Below, piece after piece: positions 41,304 through 50,372 of a stretch of DNA of 64,000 bases. The notes beneath the pieces are model-generated. The model was given only the letters and a program-made list of their open reading frames with translations, was not told the DNA's origin and did no database searches. The translations under genes were made by a program, and so were the position numbers. The stretch covers positions 833,599 through 897,598 of the forward strand of contig OZ244587.1 in NCBI GenBank assembly GCA_965218095.1. The letters run 5' to 3'. Positions within the stretch are counted from its first letter, which is position 1; each line of letters starts with the position of its first letter. The DNA is from Candidatus Poribacteria bacterium. GTDB taxonomy: Bacteria > Poribacteria > WGA-4E > PCPOR2b.

Positions 41304-41357
41304 GAGTTTATCATCTACACGACAGAACATGAGTTTATCATCTACACGACAGAACAA
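41304..41357. repeat. Tandem duplication, 2 x 27 bp
   Basis: gagtttatcatctacacgacagaaca(t/a) occurs twice in direct succession. Confidence 0.8.
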
Positions 41358-41518
41358 TTGTGTGATAAAATCTACAGTGGTCATGAGTTTGGGTTCCTCC
41401 CGTTAATCGAGTATGGTTTGTCACCCCGATTAACGATAGAATTGAGGAAACCGTCTCATGACCTCTCATTAAACTTGCACCACTGGTTATAACAATCTCA
41501 GCTTCACAAAAATTTGAT

Positions 41519-41547
41519 TTGACTACTTCATGTTTGTGTGGTATAAT
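41519..41547 (+). promoter_or_regulatory. Consensus sigma70 promoter: TTGACT, 17-nt spacer, TATAAT
   Basis: ttgactacttcatgtttgtgtggtataat lies about 55 nt upstream of the small zinc-ribbon ORF. Confidence 0.55.
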
Positions 41548-41604
41548 TTCACACATAAAAAACTTGAAATTATCTTACCGTGAACACAAAGAAAGGAAAT
41601 TCAG

Positions 41605-41781
41605 ATGAAAACTTCATCTTCGTTGAAGATTACTGACTCGATTCGTGCAATCAAAAATCAAGTGTGTGAAGAGTGTGGCACGCAAGCAAAGGGTTTTGTC
41701 TATCGCAAGGCGCACCCGATCTACTACTGCCACAAGTGCTTGCGCGATAAGATTAGCAGTAATGGACGACTGGTGGCATAG
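41605..41781 (+). CDS. Small zinc-ribbon protein (58 aa), hypothetical
   Basis: MKTSSSLKITDSIRAIKNQVCEECGTQAKGFVYRKAHPIYYCHKCLRDKISSNGRLVA. RBS AAAGGAAA 7 nt upstream. Not in the ORF track (under 60 aa). Confidence 0.45.
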   Translation: MKTSSSLKITDSIRAIKNQVCEECGTQAKGFVYRKAHPIYYCHKCLRDKISSNGRLVA

Positions 41782-41829
41782 GTGAATCGTTCAACATTAC
41801 GTTTTACGTTCTTGGTGGTTGCCCCAGTT

Positions 41830-42340
41830 CTACAAACTCATGGACGAGGTGGACGTGCGAACCGCTATGCCTGCCCAGATCTGCCGCGAGGGGCTCTGGC
41901 AGAATTCATGTTCTTTTGGCGGGTGAACAATCTTCTTCCCATTTTTATCCGCCCAGACTGCTCCGGCTAGATTGTGTTCAAAACTCCCTTCCGCCCCGTA
42001 AATCCCACTGCTCGTTCGCTGCCGGGGTATAGGGCATCGGAATGCTCCCCGTTTTATCCTGTCCTCACTGATTACCCCACCGGTTTTTCGCCACATCGTA
42101 CAGTCTGTGACTCATGTCGTGGAAATACTCTGCCTGACAGTAGACAAACTCGCCAAACGCGCCCTCCCCCGCTTTCTGACGAGAAAACGCAGTCTCAGGG
42201 CAAAAGAAATTGGTCTCGCCATTCATGTAAATCATACCTGTTCGTCTTACCGCTTCTAGCAGATCGTCACATTCGTCCAACGAATGCGCCGCGGGGACAG
42301 CAGTGTAGACATGTTTGCCTGCTCCCAACCTTTGAACATG
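41830..42340 (-). pseudogene. Internal/C-terminal fragment of a Gfo/Idh/MocA oxidoreductase, continuing the N-terminal fragment at 44740-45066
   Basis: ...AGKHVYTAVPAAHSLDECDDLLEAVRRTGMIYMNGETNFFCPE... is paralogous to ...KTYLFAENYPYFAYNQEMRRLYKAGEVGEMQYGEGEY... of the 34091-35418 gene. Two frames. Confidence 0.5.
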
Positions 42341-43150
42341 ACGGATATGCAGCCATGGTTGGGTGATAATCGCTAACCTTGAGAATTTCTGATTGACACA
42401 ATTTTCATTTACTGCTAGAATGGTGGTGCATAGCTATCAGAAAATCTACAAGGAAGTCAACATGAAAGAAACGATTGTCAAGATTCAGGTTTTATGGCTA
42501 TTTATTTTTCTGCTGTTAGGCTGCGGCGCCGCCAAACCGTACATCAATAAAAACAAACAAAGCAGCCTGTTGGTGACCTTTAACGAGAAGAGTCCCGATT
42601 CCTCAGAGATCATCACTTTCTACGCGCTGGGAGATTGGGGCACAGGGAACCGAGCACAACAAGCTGTCGCAAAGGCATTGAAAGATGATATTGAGAAGCT
42701 TGGAGACCGAGAGATTTTCCCGTTTGTCATCGGTCTGGGGGATAATGTGTACCCTCGCGGATTGCCGGATAAGCCCTGGGGCAGTCCCATAGTTTTTGAC
42801 CTTCTGAATCGTACCTTTGGGCATATTTACGAAGGTATCAAATACAAAGGGCAAGCGTTAACATTTCATATAATCCCAGGAAACCATGACTATGCAGGGG
42901 CATACAAAAAGAAAGTCGGTTGGGGGAATATATCCCATTGGGAAGCGACAGCGACATCCCGCATTTGAAGTACTATCCCATTGATCACCAACATTTTTCT
43001 GACACCAATGATGAACAGGAGTTCAACTCCTTAGAATCAAAAAGAAAAAGTGGTGAACTTTACCAGTTAACCCTTCCGGAAAAAATGTACATAGAACACT
43101 TGAATTCAGTCACCTTCATTGCCCTGGACACACAAATTCTATTAGAGTTA

Positions 43151-44074
43151 ACCCAAGTTGCTAGTAATTGAAAATCCATGGGTTTTCCGTTAAAGTAGAG
43201 GTAATCCAAACCATAATACCTCAAAGGAGAAACCCATGGACATCCAAATTGCAACCATTTTCTATCTCTGTGACAAGCTCTTAGAAGCACTCAACTCAAA
43301 ACCACACCCACAAACGCAGATGTCTGATGCCGAAGTCATGACCACCGGCATCGTCGCTGCGTTGTTCTTCGGGGCAAACTTGCAAACCACTTGTGACTTT
43401 CTAAAGACTCATGGCTATATACCCAAGATGCTTTCAAAAAGTCGATTCAACCGACGACTTCATCGAATTAAACCGATGTTCACCACATTGTTCAAAATCT
43501 TGGGACGAAGCTATGTGCAACTTAATCAACAGAAAATCTATGCACTGGATACCATACCAATTGCTGTTTGTTCCGCATTCGTCGGTCAAAAATCTACACC
43601 GATAAGGCATATCGAGGCTATCAAGCGTCCAAACGTCGGTATTTCTATGGCTTGAAAGTTCATCTGCTAGTGACTGCGAGTCGACACCCTGTTGAATTTT
43701 TTGTGACCCCAGCCAGTACAGGGGACGTTGAAGGGTTACAGTGGTTTGACTTCGACTTGCCACCGGGCTATGGTGACAAAGCATACAATAATTATGAGAT
43801 AGAAGATATTGTTACATCAGTCGGAGTCGAATTAAAGCCAGTACGCAAGAAGAATTCCAAGCGGCTGTATCCACCATGGGAGACCTACTTGGCTAATTAC
43901 CATCGTAAGTCTGTTGAGACGGCTGGCAGTTTGATTAACAAACTGCTTCCACGTTCAATCCATGCAGTAACGCAACACGGATTTGAATTGAAAGTGGTCT
44001 TGTTTGTATTGGCTAGCAGTATCAATCAGCTCTGAGTTCACTCACATATTCGATGAATAGGTCGCAACTTGGGT
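43151..44074 (+). mobile_element. IS982-family insertion sequence (924 bp)
   Basis: IRs acccaagttgc / gcaacttgggt (ACCC ends typical of IS982). An 8-bp direct repeat TAGAGTTA flanks the element. Confidence 0.8.
43236..44035 (+). CDS. IS982-family transposase; apparent frameshift at an A5 run (43588-43592)
   Basis: MSDAEVMTTGIVAALFF...LDTIPIAVCSAF | SKIYTDKAYRGYQASKRRYFYGLKVHLLV...GDKAYNN... One extra A fuses ORFs 43236-43655 and 43568-44035. Confidence 0.7.
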
Positions 44075-44739
44075 TAGAGTTATATAAAGAGCCAAAACAA
44101 AATGAGGGCATAATAAATCAACACTGGCGGAAGCTCGAAACACTGTTGAAGGGAGATAAAGCTGACTGGAAATTTATTCTCGGACATCACCCTATTAAAA
44201 CCTACGGTGCCCACAGAGACCGGTATACCAATAATAACCCGTCACTTCAGGATTTATCCCACCCGGCTTATAAAAGTTTAAGTGGCGCTTAAAGCATCTT
44301 ATGAAACGTTATAATGTCAACATGTATCTAGCAGGACACGATCATAGCTTACAATTTCTAGATTTAGGGAGAGGTTTAGGGGAGGGACCTTTTCAAATTG
44401 TTTCCGGGTCGGCAGGTAAGAAATCGTCTGTGAGACCTAATGATAAGGGAAGCACGCATTTTGCCCATGGCGTTTACGGCTTTGTGCGTTTTGATGTGAC
44501 AGAGCAAGCGATATGGATAGAATTTCTTCATGTCAATGTTAAGGAATTTACTCATAAGTCGTCTGCTGTATTTCGCATCCCCCAAATATAGAGCGTGTCG
44601 GACTGAGTTGAGCCAGAATCACACTCATTAAATACTTTATCATTCTATCTTCCTGACATTGGTTGATGCTTTCTCAAGTTTATCTTTGCGTTCTATTGCA
44701 AGTTGAGGTGAGCAACTTCAGTACCAAATTCTTTGAAAG

Positions 44740-45066
44740 GAACATCAAGTCGCTTTGTGGCAGGTGAGGAGAGCTTTCCAGTACGAATGCTGAAATGTGG
44801 TGATAGGACTGCGGTGTGCAGATGTCCGCCCCGTTCAAATCCTCTATCTTTAGCATATCTTCGACGTCGTCATAAACGTGGGGCACCCTTCCTTGAAACT
44901 CGGCGATTTTTTCCGCGGAAGCCTGTGCTGCCTCCCTATGTACATCACACATTGCTTCGATTGAAAAGGTACCCACCCCTTTTTCCACTAGCGCTTGATA
45001 TCCTCGCAGATGCGCGTTTGCGATTCCGCCGCAACCAATGATTGCTAAACGAACCTTATCTGACAC
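44740..45066 (-). pseudogene. N-terminal fragment of a Gfo/Idh/MocA oxidoreductase
   Basis: MSDKVRLAIIGCGGIANAHLRGY...ADICTPQSYHH, then diverges into the inserted sequence. The matching continuation (AGKHVYTAVP...) is at 42340, on the other side of the 2.4-kb phosphatase/IS982 block. Confidence 0.5.
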
Positions 45067-45331
45067 AGTTTTCCTCCCTAAGATAAATGGCTAAATAGTA
45101 ATATGTGCTGCAAAGGTTTTCAAGCAATCGGTTTCAGAGACAGAAGAATTATCCGGTGATGATGTTGTTTCGACACCCCTTCCGGATATAACCGAAGATG
45201 AATTATCCGCGCTTTTACAAGATTCGGATCTGTTTCCTGTTGAAAAAGGGGATTTCCCTGAAGTTCCCGACGGATTTCCCTCAGATCTCACTCCAGTTTG
45301 GATCCAATTCCCCAATTATCAAAAGGGGGAT

Positions 45332-45679
45332 ATGTATGAGCGTGAGATGCTTTACCGTGTTTTGATAAAACTGTGGAATCAGGGAGACCACGATTTTGTG
45401 AGTGGTGTCTATCAGGATGACAACGGTAGAGTCTACTCGCTCTATTCCGACGTGGCATATGTTGAATGGGGGGAGGTTGTTAGTGATGATGGACAGGTTA
45501 TCAGATTTCCAAGGTTCTCCCTTATGACTCATGCGAGAGAGGAAGATGACTTAGGGGGGCTTTATACGGAAGAAGAGGTGCTTTCAGGTGCTTATAAGAC
45601 GAAGTATCCCGATCTAAAAATTGTTGAGTATTCCAATGCAGGGTTTAACCCTGAAACCTTTCTTGATGACTATTCTTGA
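45332..45679 (+). CDS. Hypothetical acidic protein, possibly a remnant
   Basis: The open frame extends upstream to about 45113 without an ATG. No recognised domain. Confidence 0.25.
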   Translation: MYEREMLYRVLIKLWNQGDHDFVSGVYQDDNGRVYSLYSDVAYVEWGEVVSDDGQVIRFPRFSLMTHAREEDDLGGLYTEEEVLSGAYKTKYPDLKIVEYSNAGFNPETFLDDYS

Positions 45680-46092
45680 TGACTATTAGAAGCTTCTCTG
45701 TTTTGAAAAAGCTTCCATCAAAAATAGCAGAGCCATTCTGCAAGGAGGAAAATTATGGTGCGTTAGTGTACATGCCTATGGTGCCTTAACCGTTTGCCTG
45801 AGAATCCATGGCCCTTGGGGCTTGGTTAGAAAAAATACTGCATTTGCAACAATGGGTACTCCAGGGCTTAAAAACGGTACTTACAATGTATATGCTAAGG
45901 TTGATAACGCTAGCAACTAGGCTGGTGCTTTTGGTAGTAACGTAGTCGTAGCGACTGCTTCCGATACAGGTGATTATTACCTTCCAGGTACCGCAAATGC
46001 TTATGTCGGTGGTTATGATAGAGATGACAGATATCAGTCCGATACTGATAGCGATTCAAACTAACATTTTACGTGAGAAGTCACAACAAAGT

Positions 46093-46125
46093 CCCATCCG
46101 TTTAATTCGGGTGGGGCTTTTTTTA
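46093..46125 (+). terminator. Rho-independent terminator
   Basis: CCCATCCGtttaattCGGGTGGGGcttttttt; follows a degraded secreted-protein fragment (45760-46070) that carries an in-frame TAG. Confidence 0.6.
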
Positions 46126-46464
46126 TGCGACAAATCGACAAGACGCCGCAGTTTCTCGGCATTGATTGTAAGCATTGGTATATGGAAAAGCATACCGCAC
46201 CTTCCCATCTGTCTCTTGACTGATTTGTACAGATTCAACTGTCGCTTGTTTATTCATTAGAATTCATGAACCTTTGACAGGTTGGCCTGGAATAAAATCT
46301 TGACTTTTCGAGATCTTCAGTTTACTATACCCCTGTGGTTTTGTCAATAATGTTTTCATTACGCATTACATTTTACGCGATTTGCGTTTCTCTGTACGGA
46401 CAAAAGATCTTTTGTCCCTAAATAAACAGACCCGAGACCATAAATAAACGGGGAAAGATTTCGT

Positions 46465-46752
46465 ATGACGCTTGGAAAAGTTGTGGGAACGGTCGTTGCA
46501 ACACGGAAAGATGAGAAATTAATCGGCAGTAAGTTGCTGATTGTGCAGGAGACAGATCTCAATGGAAACCCGGTCAGTAAATACACGGTTGCTGTCGATG
46601 CTGTTGGCGCAGGTGTGGGTGAACTAGTACTCACCGCATCAGGCAGTTCAGCGCGTCAAACAAGCATCACCAAAGACAAGCCTGTTGATGCGGTGATTAT
46701 GGCTATCGTTGATTCGATTGAAGTTCACAGGGAAATTCGGTTTCAGAAGTGA
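46465..46752 (+). CDS. Bacterial microcompartment vertex (pentamer) protein, EutN/PduN/CcmL family
   Basis: MTLGKVVGTVVATRKDEKLIGSKLLIV...TVAVDAVGAGVGELVLTASGSSARQT...PVDAVIMAIVDSIEV closely matches the EutN_CcmL fold (compare PduN: VAVDAVGAG.GEWVL..GSSARQ...DAAI.GIVDSI). Promoter-like TTGACT-N17-TACTAT and RBS GGGGAAAG upstream. Confidence 0.8.
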   Translation: MTLGKVVGTVVATRKDEKLIGSKLLIVQETDLNGNPVSKYTVAVDAVGAGVGELVLTASGSSARQTSITKDKPVDAVIMAIVDSIEVHREIRFQK

Positions 46753-46761
46753 GTTGAAGAC

Positions 46762-46956
46762 ATGAAGACTCACCCCCCCCAAACTGATTCTATTGAAGAA
46801 CTTACCAGATTTTGGGACACGCATGACCTGACCGATTTTGAAGACCAATTGGAGGAAGTTGCTGAACCCATCTTTGTATGCGAAGCGGAAGCCGCGATGC
46901 AGATCCACTTGCCGCCCAAAATGGTTGAGGCGGTTAAGCGGATTGCGAAGTCTTAG
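46762..46956 (+). CDS. BrnA/CopG-like antitoxin-family protein (orphan; no BrnT-like toxin adjacent)
   Basis: DSIEELTRFWDTHDLTDFEDQLEEV... is typical of BrnA antitoxins. Starts 10 nt after the EutN-like stop. Confidence 0.6.
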   Translation: MKTHPPQTDSIEELTRFWDTHDLTDFEDQLEEVAEPIFVCEAEAAMQIHLPPKMVEAVKRIAKS

Positions 46957-46967
46957 GGAAAACTCTC

Positions 46968-47255
46968 GTGGTTTATTCTATATCTATCGTCCGGTCGGAG
47001 TGCATCCACAACGCAACCGATGTTACGTCGGTTTGGATGTCAAGGATACAAAATCCTGAACTTCGCATCCGTGAGTTTACGTTTCAGCCTGATGCCCTGA
47101 TCAAACTGACTGTTCGGAATTTTGAGTCGGGCGTGACGCTCAAAATTAATGATGAAGGAGTCAGTCGTTTTCGTGAACCAGAATTACGTCACAGCAAAGT
47201 TGGTGTCTATGGATGTTCTTTACATTTGGACGGAACTCTAGTAACGGAACTCTAG
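46968..47255 (+). CDS. Hypothetical protein
   Basis: 95-aa ORF followed by a 2 x 14-bp tandem repeat (acggaactctagta, 47233-47260). No recognised domain. Confidence 0.3.
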   Translation: MVYSISIVRSECIHNATDVTSVWMSRIQNPELRIREFTFQPDALIKLTVRNFESGVTLKINDEGVSRFREPELRHSKVGVYGCSLHLDGTLVTEL

Positions 47256-47307
47256 TAATCGTTAAGTTCAATAGCCTTCATATCCATGACCTGCATTAGT
47301 TTTCCAA

Positions 47308-49050
47308 ATGCAAGCAAATTCAACAGACATACCCCTCAAAATCGAACTCATCAAGCGCATCGGTTGGCTCGTCAAGCTCCGTTGGATCGCTATCACGGGT
47401 GTCTTGCTGACCGTGAGCATTGCGAGTTGGGGACTCCATATCATTGAAAATCCGATGCCGCTCTACATCATCGCAGCGTTAATGGTGCTCTACAATTTTG
47501 AGCCGCAGATCTATCCTAAGCATATCACTGAAAAGCCCCTCGCATCGATTCAGCGGCATGCTCGCACGCATATCATTCTGGATCTGTTTTCGCTCACCGC
47601 CCTGATCCATTTTAGCGGCGGCGTCGAAAATCCGTTCATTTTCTACTTTATCTTCCACCTCGTCATAGCGAGCATTCTCCTCTCCAGAAAAGTCAGTTAC
47701 ATCCTCGCCACACTCAACACCGCCCTGTTAAGCTCTCTCATCTTCCTTGAGTATTATCACATCTTGCCTCATTACCATCTGGAACATTTCTTGCCTGAAA
47801 CGCTCTGGCGGGATGCAATCTACATTTCAAGCGTGCTGTTCGTTTTCACAAGCACGCTGTTTTTCTCCGTCTATATGGCGACATCGATTATGGATACTGC
47901 GAGAGCCCGTGAGGAGGAAACCCGCGAGTTGAAGGAAAACCTCGAAGAAAAGGTAATCGAACTGGAAAATGCGCGGAAAGCGGTACTTTTCGAGCGAAAC
48001 AAGCTCAAGTCGATCATCGAGTGCATGCAAGAAGGGGTTGTCTTTGTTGACGACAAAAACCGGGTGTCGCTCTTTAACAAGGCTGGGCAACAGATCGGAA
48101 AAGAGCAATTCGGGCTTGATACAGAAGGCATTGAATCGCCGGTGGCTTATGGCAGCCTTCCACAAATTGCAGCAGATTTATCGAACGGAGAGGCAATTAT
48201 CGAACAGCAAAGCCTGCAGATTAAGGATAAATTTTTCGAGAACACCTATGCCGCCGTGCGCGACGATAGCGGTAACTATTTAGGCACAGTTTTAGTTTGC
48301 CGCGATGTGACTGATCGGAAGCGGATGGAACAGCAGATGATCCAATCTGAGAAGATGGCGGCGATTGGTGAGTTAGCGGCAGGGGTTGCGCATGAGATCA
48401 ACAACCCCCTCGACGGTCTACTCAATTGCATCCATCGGATTAAGCGCGACCCACAGAATGAGGGGCAGACAAAAGAATACTTGAATCTCATGGAGGAAGC
48501 CCTCCGGCGGATTGAATCAACGGTCGGACAACTTCTCAATTTTTCGCGTCAACATGAGCTTGCGCTCACCTTAGTTTCGCTCAATCAGGTGGTCAATGAA
48601 GTTGTCGGCCTGATTGAATACAGCGCTGAAGAAAAGAGTGTCCGGATTGAGCAGCATTTCCAGAAAGACCTCGATCTGATCCTTGGGGACAAACATCTCT
48701 TAGAACAGGTTGTCCTGAATCTTGCGCTAAATGCGATTGGGGCTATGCCCGATGGTGGCGTGTTGACTTTCAAAACCGGGAAAATTGAATTTGATGCGCT
48801 GTTTGGTGAAGCGGCGACTTTCGTTCAAGTGACAGACACAGGGATCGGCATCCCTCAGTCCGTTCAGGATCGGATCTTTGACCCATTTTATACCACGAGG
48901 ATAACGGAGAAAGGCACAGGACTTGGGCTCTCCGTATCCAACCGAATCGTCACGCAACATGAAGGTGTCATCGAATTTGAAAGCGAGATTGAGCGCGGTT
49001 CTACCTTCACTGTTAAATTACCGATAAGGAGGGTTCTAGAGGAGGTATGA
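47308..49050 (+). CDS. Membrane sensor histidine kinase (multi-TM N-terminus, PAS, HisKA, HATPase_c)
   Basis: Five or six N-terminal TM helices; PAS-like segment; H-box AHEINNPL; N, G1 and G2 boxes (DTGIGIP, GTGLGLS). Confidence 0.85.
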   Translation: MQANSTDIPLKIELIKRIGWLVKLRWIAITGVLLTVSIASWGLHIIENPMPLYIIAALMVLYNFEPQIYPKHITEKPLASIQRHARTHIILDLFSLTALIHFSGGVENPFIFYFIFHLVIASILLSRKVSYILATLNTALLSSLIFLEYYHILPHYHLEHFLPETLWRDAIYISSVLFVFTSTLFFSVYMATSIMDTARAREEETRELKENLEEKVIELENARKAVLFERNKLKSIIECMQEGVVFVDDKNRVSLFNKAGQQIGKEQFGLDTEGIESPVAYGSLPQIAADLSNGEAIIEQQSLQIKDKFFENTYAAVRDDSGNYLGTVLVCRDVTDRKRMEQQMIQSEKMAAIGELAAGVAHEINNPLDGLLNCIHRIKRDPQNEGQTKEYLNLMEEALRRIESTVGQLLNFSRQHELALTLVSLNQVVNEVVGLIEYSAEEKSVRIEQHFQKDLDLILGDKHLLEQVVLNLALNAIGAMPDGGVLTFKTGKIEFDALFGEAATFVQVTDTGIGIPQSVQDRIFDPFYTTRITEKGTGLGLSVSNRIVTQHEGVIEFESEIERGSTFTVKLPIRRVLEEV

Positions 49051-50372
49051 AAGTACTGGTTGTTGACGATGAAAAAATCAAACTCATTACACTGCGCGAT
49101 GGTCTACGCGAGGTAGGCTACGATACAATCGCAGTTGAGTCTCCAACGCTCGGGCTACAGCTTTTGCAAAACGAACATTTTGACGTCCTTGTCACCGATC
49201 TGCGCATGCCGAAGATGCACGGCATTGACTTCCTCAAGCACGTCAAGAAGGAATATCCCCATATCACCGTGATTGTCATGACTGCTTATGCTAGTGTTGA
49301 AACCGCAGTGGAAGCAATGAAATTTGGGGCGTACAACTACATCAAAAAGCCATTTTCTAGTGAAGAACTGATCCAAATACTGGATAAACTGAAAATGCTT
49401 CGTGATAAAGATGAGCCGCGCGCAAAGTTAAAAGCTCGTATTGAGGGACGTTCTCCATACCAAAATATCGTTGGGAAAAGCCGAGCGATGCAAGAAATCC
49501 TTAACCTGCTTGAAAAGATTTCTGATGCTCATAGCACCGTATTAATCTACGGAGAGCGTGGCACGGGGAAATCGCTCGTTGCAAAATCGATCCATTTCAA
49601 CGGTTCGCGCAGACACCACCCCGTTGTTATTGTCAATTGCTTGGGGACATCTACAGAAGCGTTAGATCTGCAACTCTTTGGAGATAAGAAGGAAGAAGAT
49701 GAGTCAGCGCATAAAGGTACGCTTTTCCTCAAAGACGTGGATGAACTTCCCGCCGAACTGCAGATCAAACTTCTACGGATGTTGGAAGAGCAGCAGCTTG
49801 ATTCGGACAGAAGCGTAGAAATTGATCAAGTACAGGCACGGGTGATTGCTGCAACGACAAAAAATTTGCGTACGAAAGTCCAAAGCGGAGAATTTCGAGA
49901 CGACCTCTTCTATCGGTTGAGCGTTGTCCCAATCTTTCTACCGCCACTGCGTGAACGAGTGAAAGATATTCCGCTCTTAATCAATCACTTTTTAGATCTC
50001 TTCTCCTCGAATCACCCTATCCGCATTGACTCCGAAGCTATTGATTTGCTCACGGAATACCCATGGCCAGGCAATGTCCGCGAATTAGAAAATGTCATTG
50101 AACGGCTCGTAACGGTTGGCGGCGGCGGGGATATTACTGTCGAAGATATTCCGCTTGAATTGAAACTGCCGACCCATATCAGCTTGAATGAAACGTTGAG
50201 TGAGATTTCATTTCAAGAGATTATCCGAACCACGGAGCGAGAGCTCATTGCCTGGGCGATGAAAAGGGCGCAGGGGAATAAAAGCCGAGCTGCGAGACTA
50301 CTCAAAATGAAGCCTTCAACCTTCCGCGATGCCCTCGCCAAGCATATTGATCAGATCGAGTGGAGGAGTTAG
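49047..50372 (+). CDS. NtrC-family response regulator (REC, AAA+ sigma-54-interaction domain, Fis-type HTH) lacking the GAFTGA motif
   Basis: REC: DDEKIKL...D at 54. AAA+: GERGTGKS, ...LFGDKKEEDESAHKGTLFL... (GAFTGA replaced), FRDDLFYRL. C-terminal HTH ...NKSRAARLLKM... Overlaps the kinase gene by 4 nt. Confidence 0.85.
   Translation: MKVLVVDDEKIKLITLRDGLREVGYDTIAVESPTLGLQLLQNEHFDVLVTDLRMPKMHGIDFLKHVKKEYPHITVIVMTAYASVETAVEAMKFGAYNYIKKPFSSEELIQILDKLKMLRDKDEPRAKLKARIEGRSPYQNIVGKSRAMQEILNLLEKISDAHSTVLIYGERGTGKSLVAKSIHFNGSRRHHPVVIVNCLGTSTEALDLQLFGDKKEEDESAHKGTLFLKDVDELPAELQIKLLRMLEEQQLDSDRSVEIDQVQARVIAATTKNLRTKVQSGEFRDDLFYRLSVVPIFLPPLRERVKDIPLLINHFLDLFSSNHPIRIDSEAIDLLTEYPWPGNVRELENVIERLVTVGGGGDITVEDIPLELKLPTHISLNETLSEISFQEIIRTTERELIAWAMKRAQGNKSRAARLLKMKPSTFRDALAKHIDQIEWRS

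Larger units (their letters stand above)
42462..44591 (+). pseudogene. Purple-acid-phosphatase/calcineurin-like metallophosphoesterase (lipoprotein), interrupted by an IS982-family element and with two homopolymer-associated frameshifts
   Basis: MKETIVKIQVLWLFIFLLLGC (lipobox) ... GDWG ... GDNVY ... GNHD | IS at 43151-44074 | ...GHHP...AGHDH... Frame changes at the G5 run (42922-42926) and the T3 run (44277-44279). The 8-bp target duplication tagagtta encodes LEL on both sides of the IS. Confidence 0.7.
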
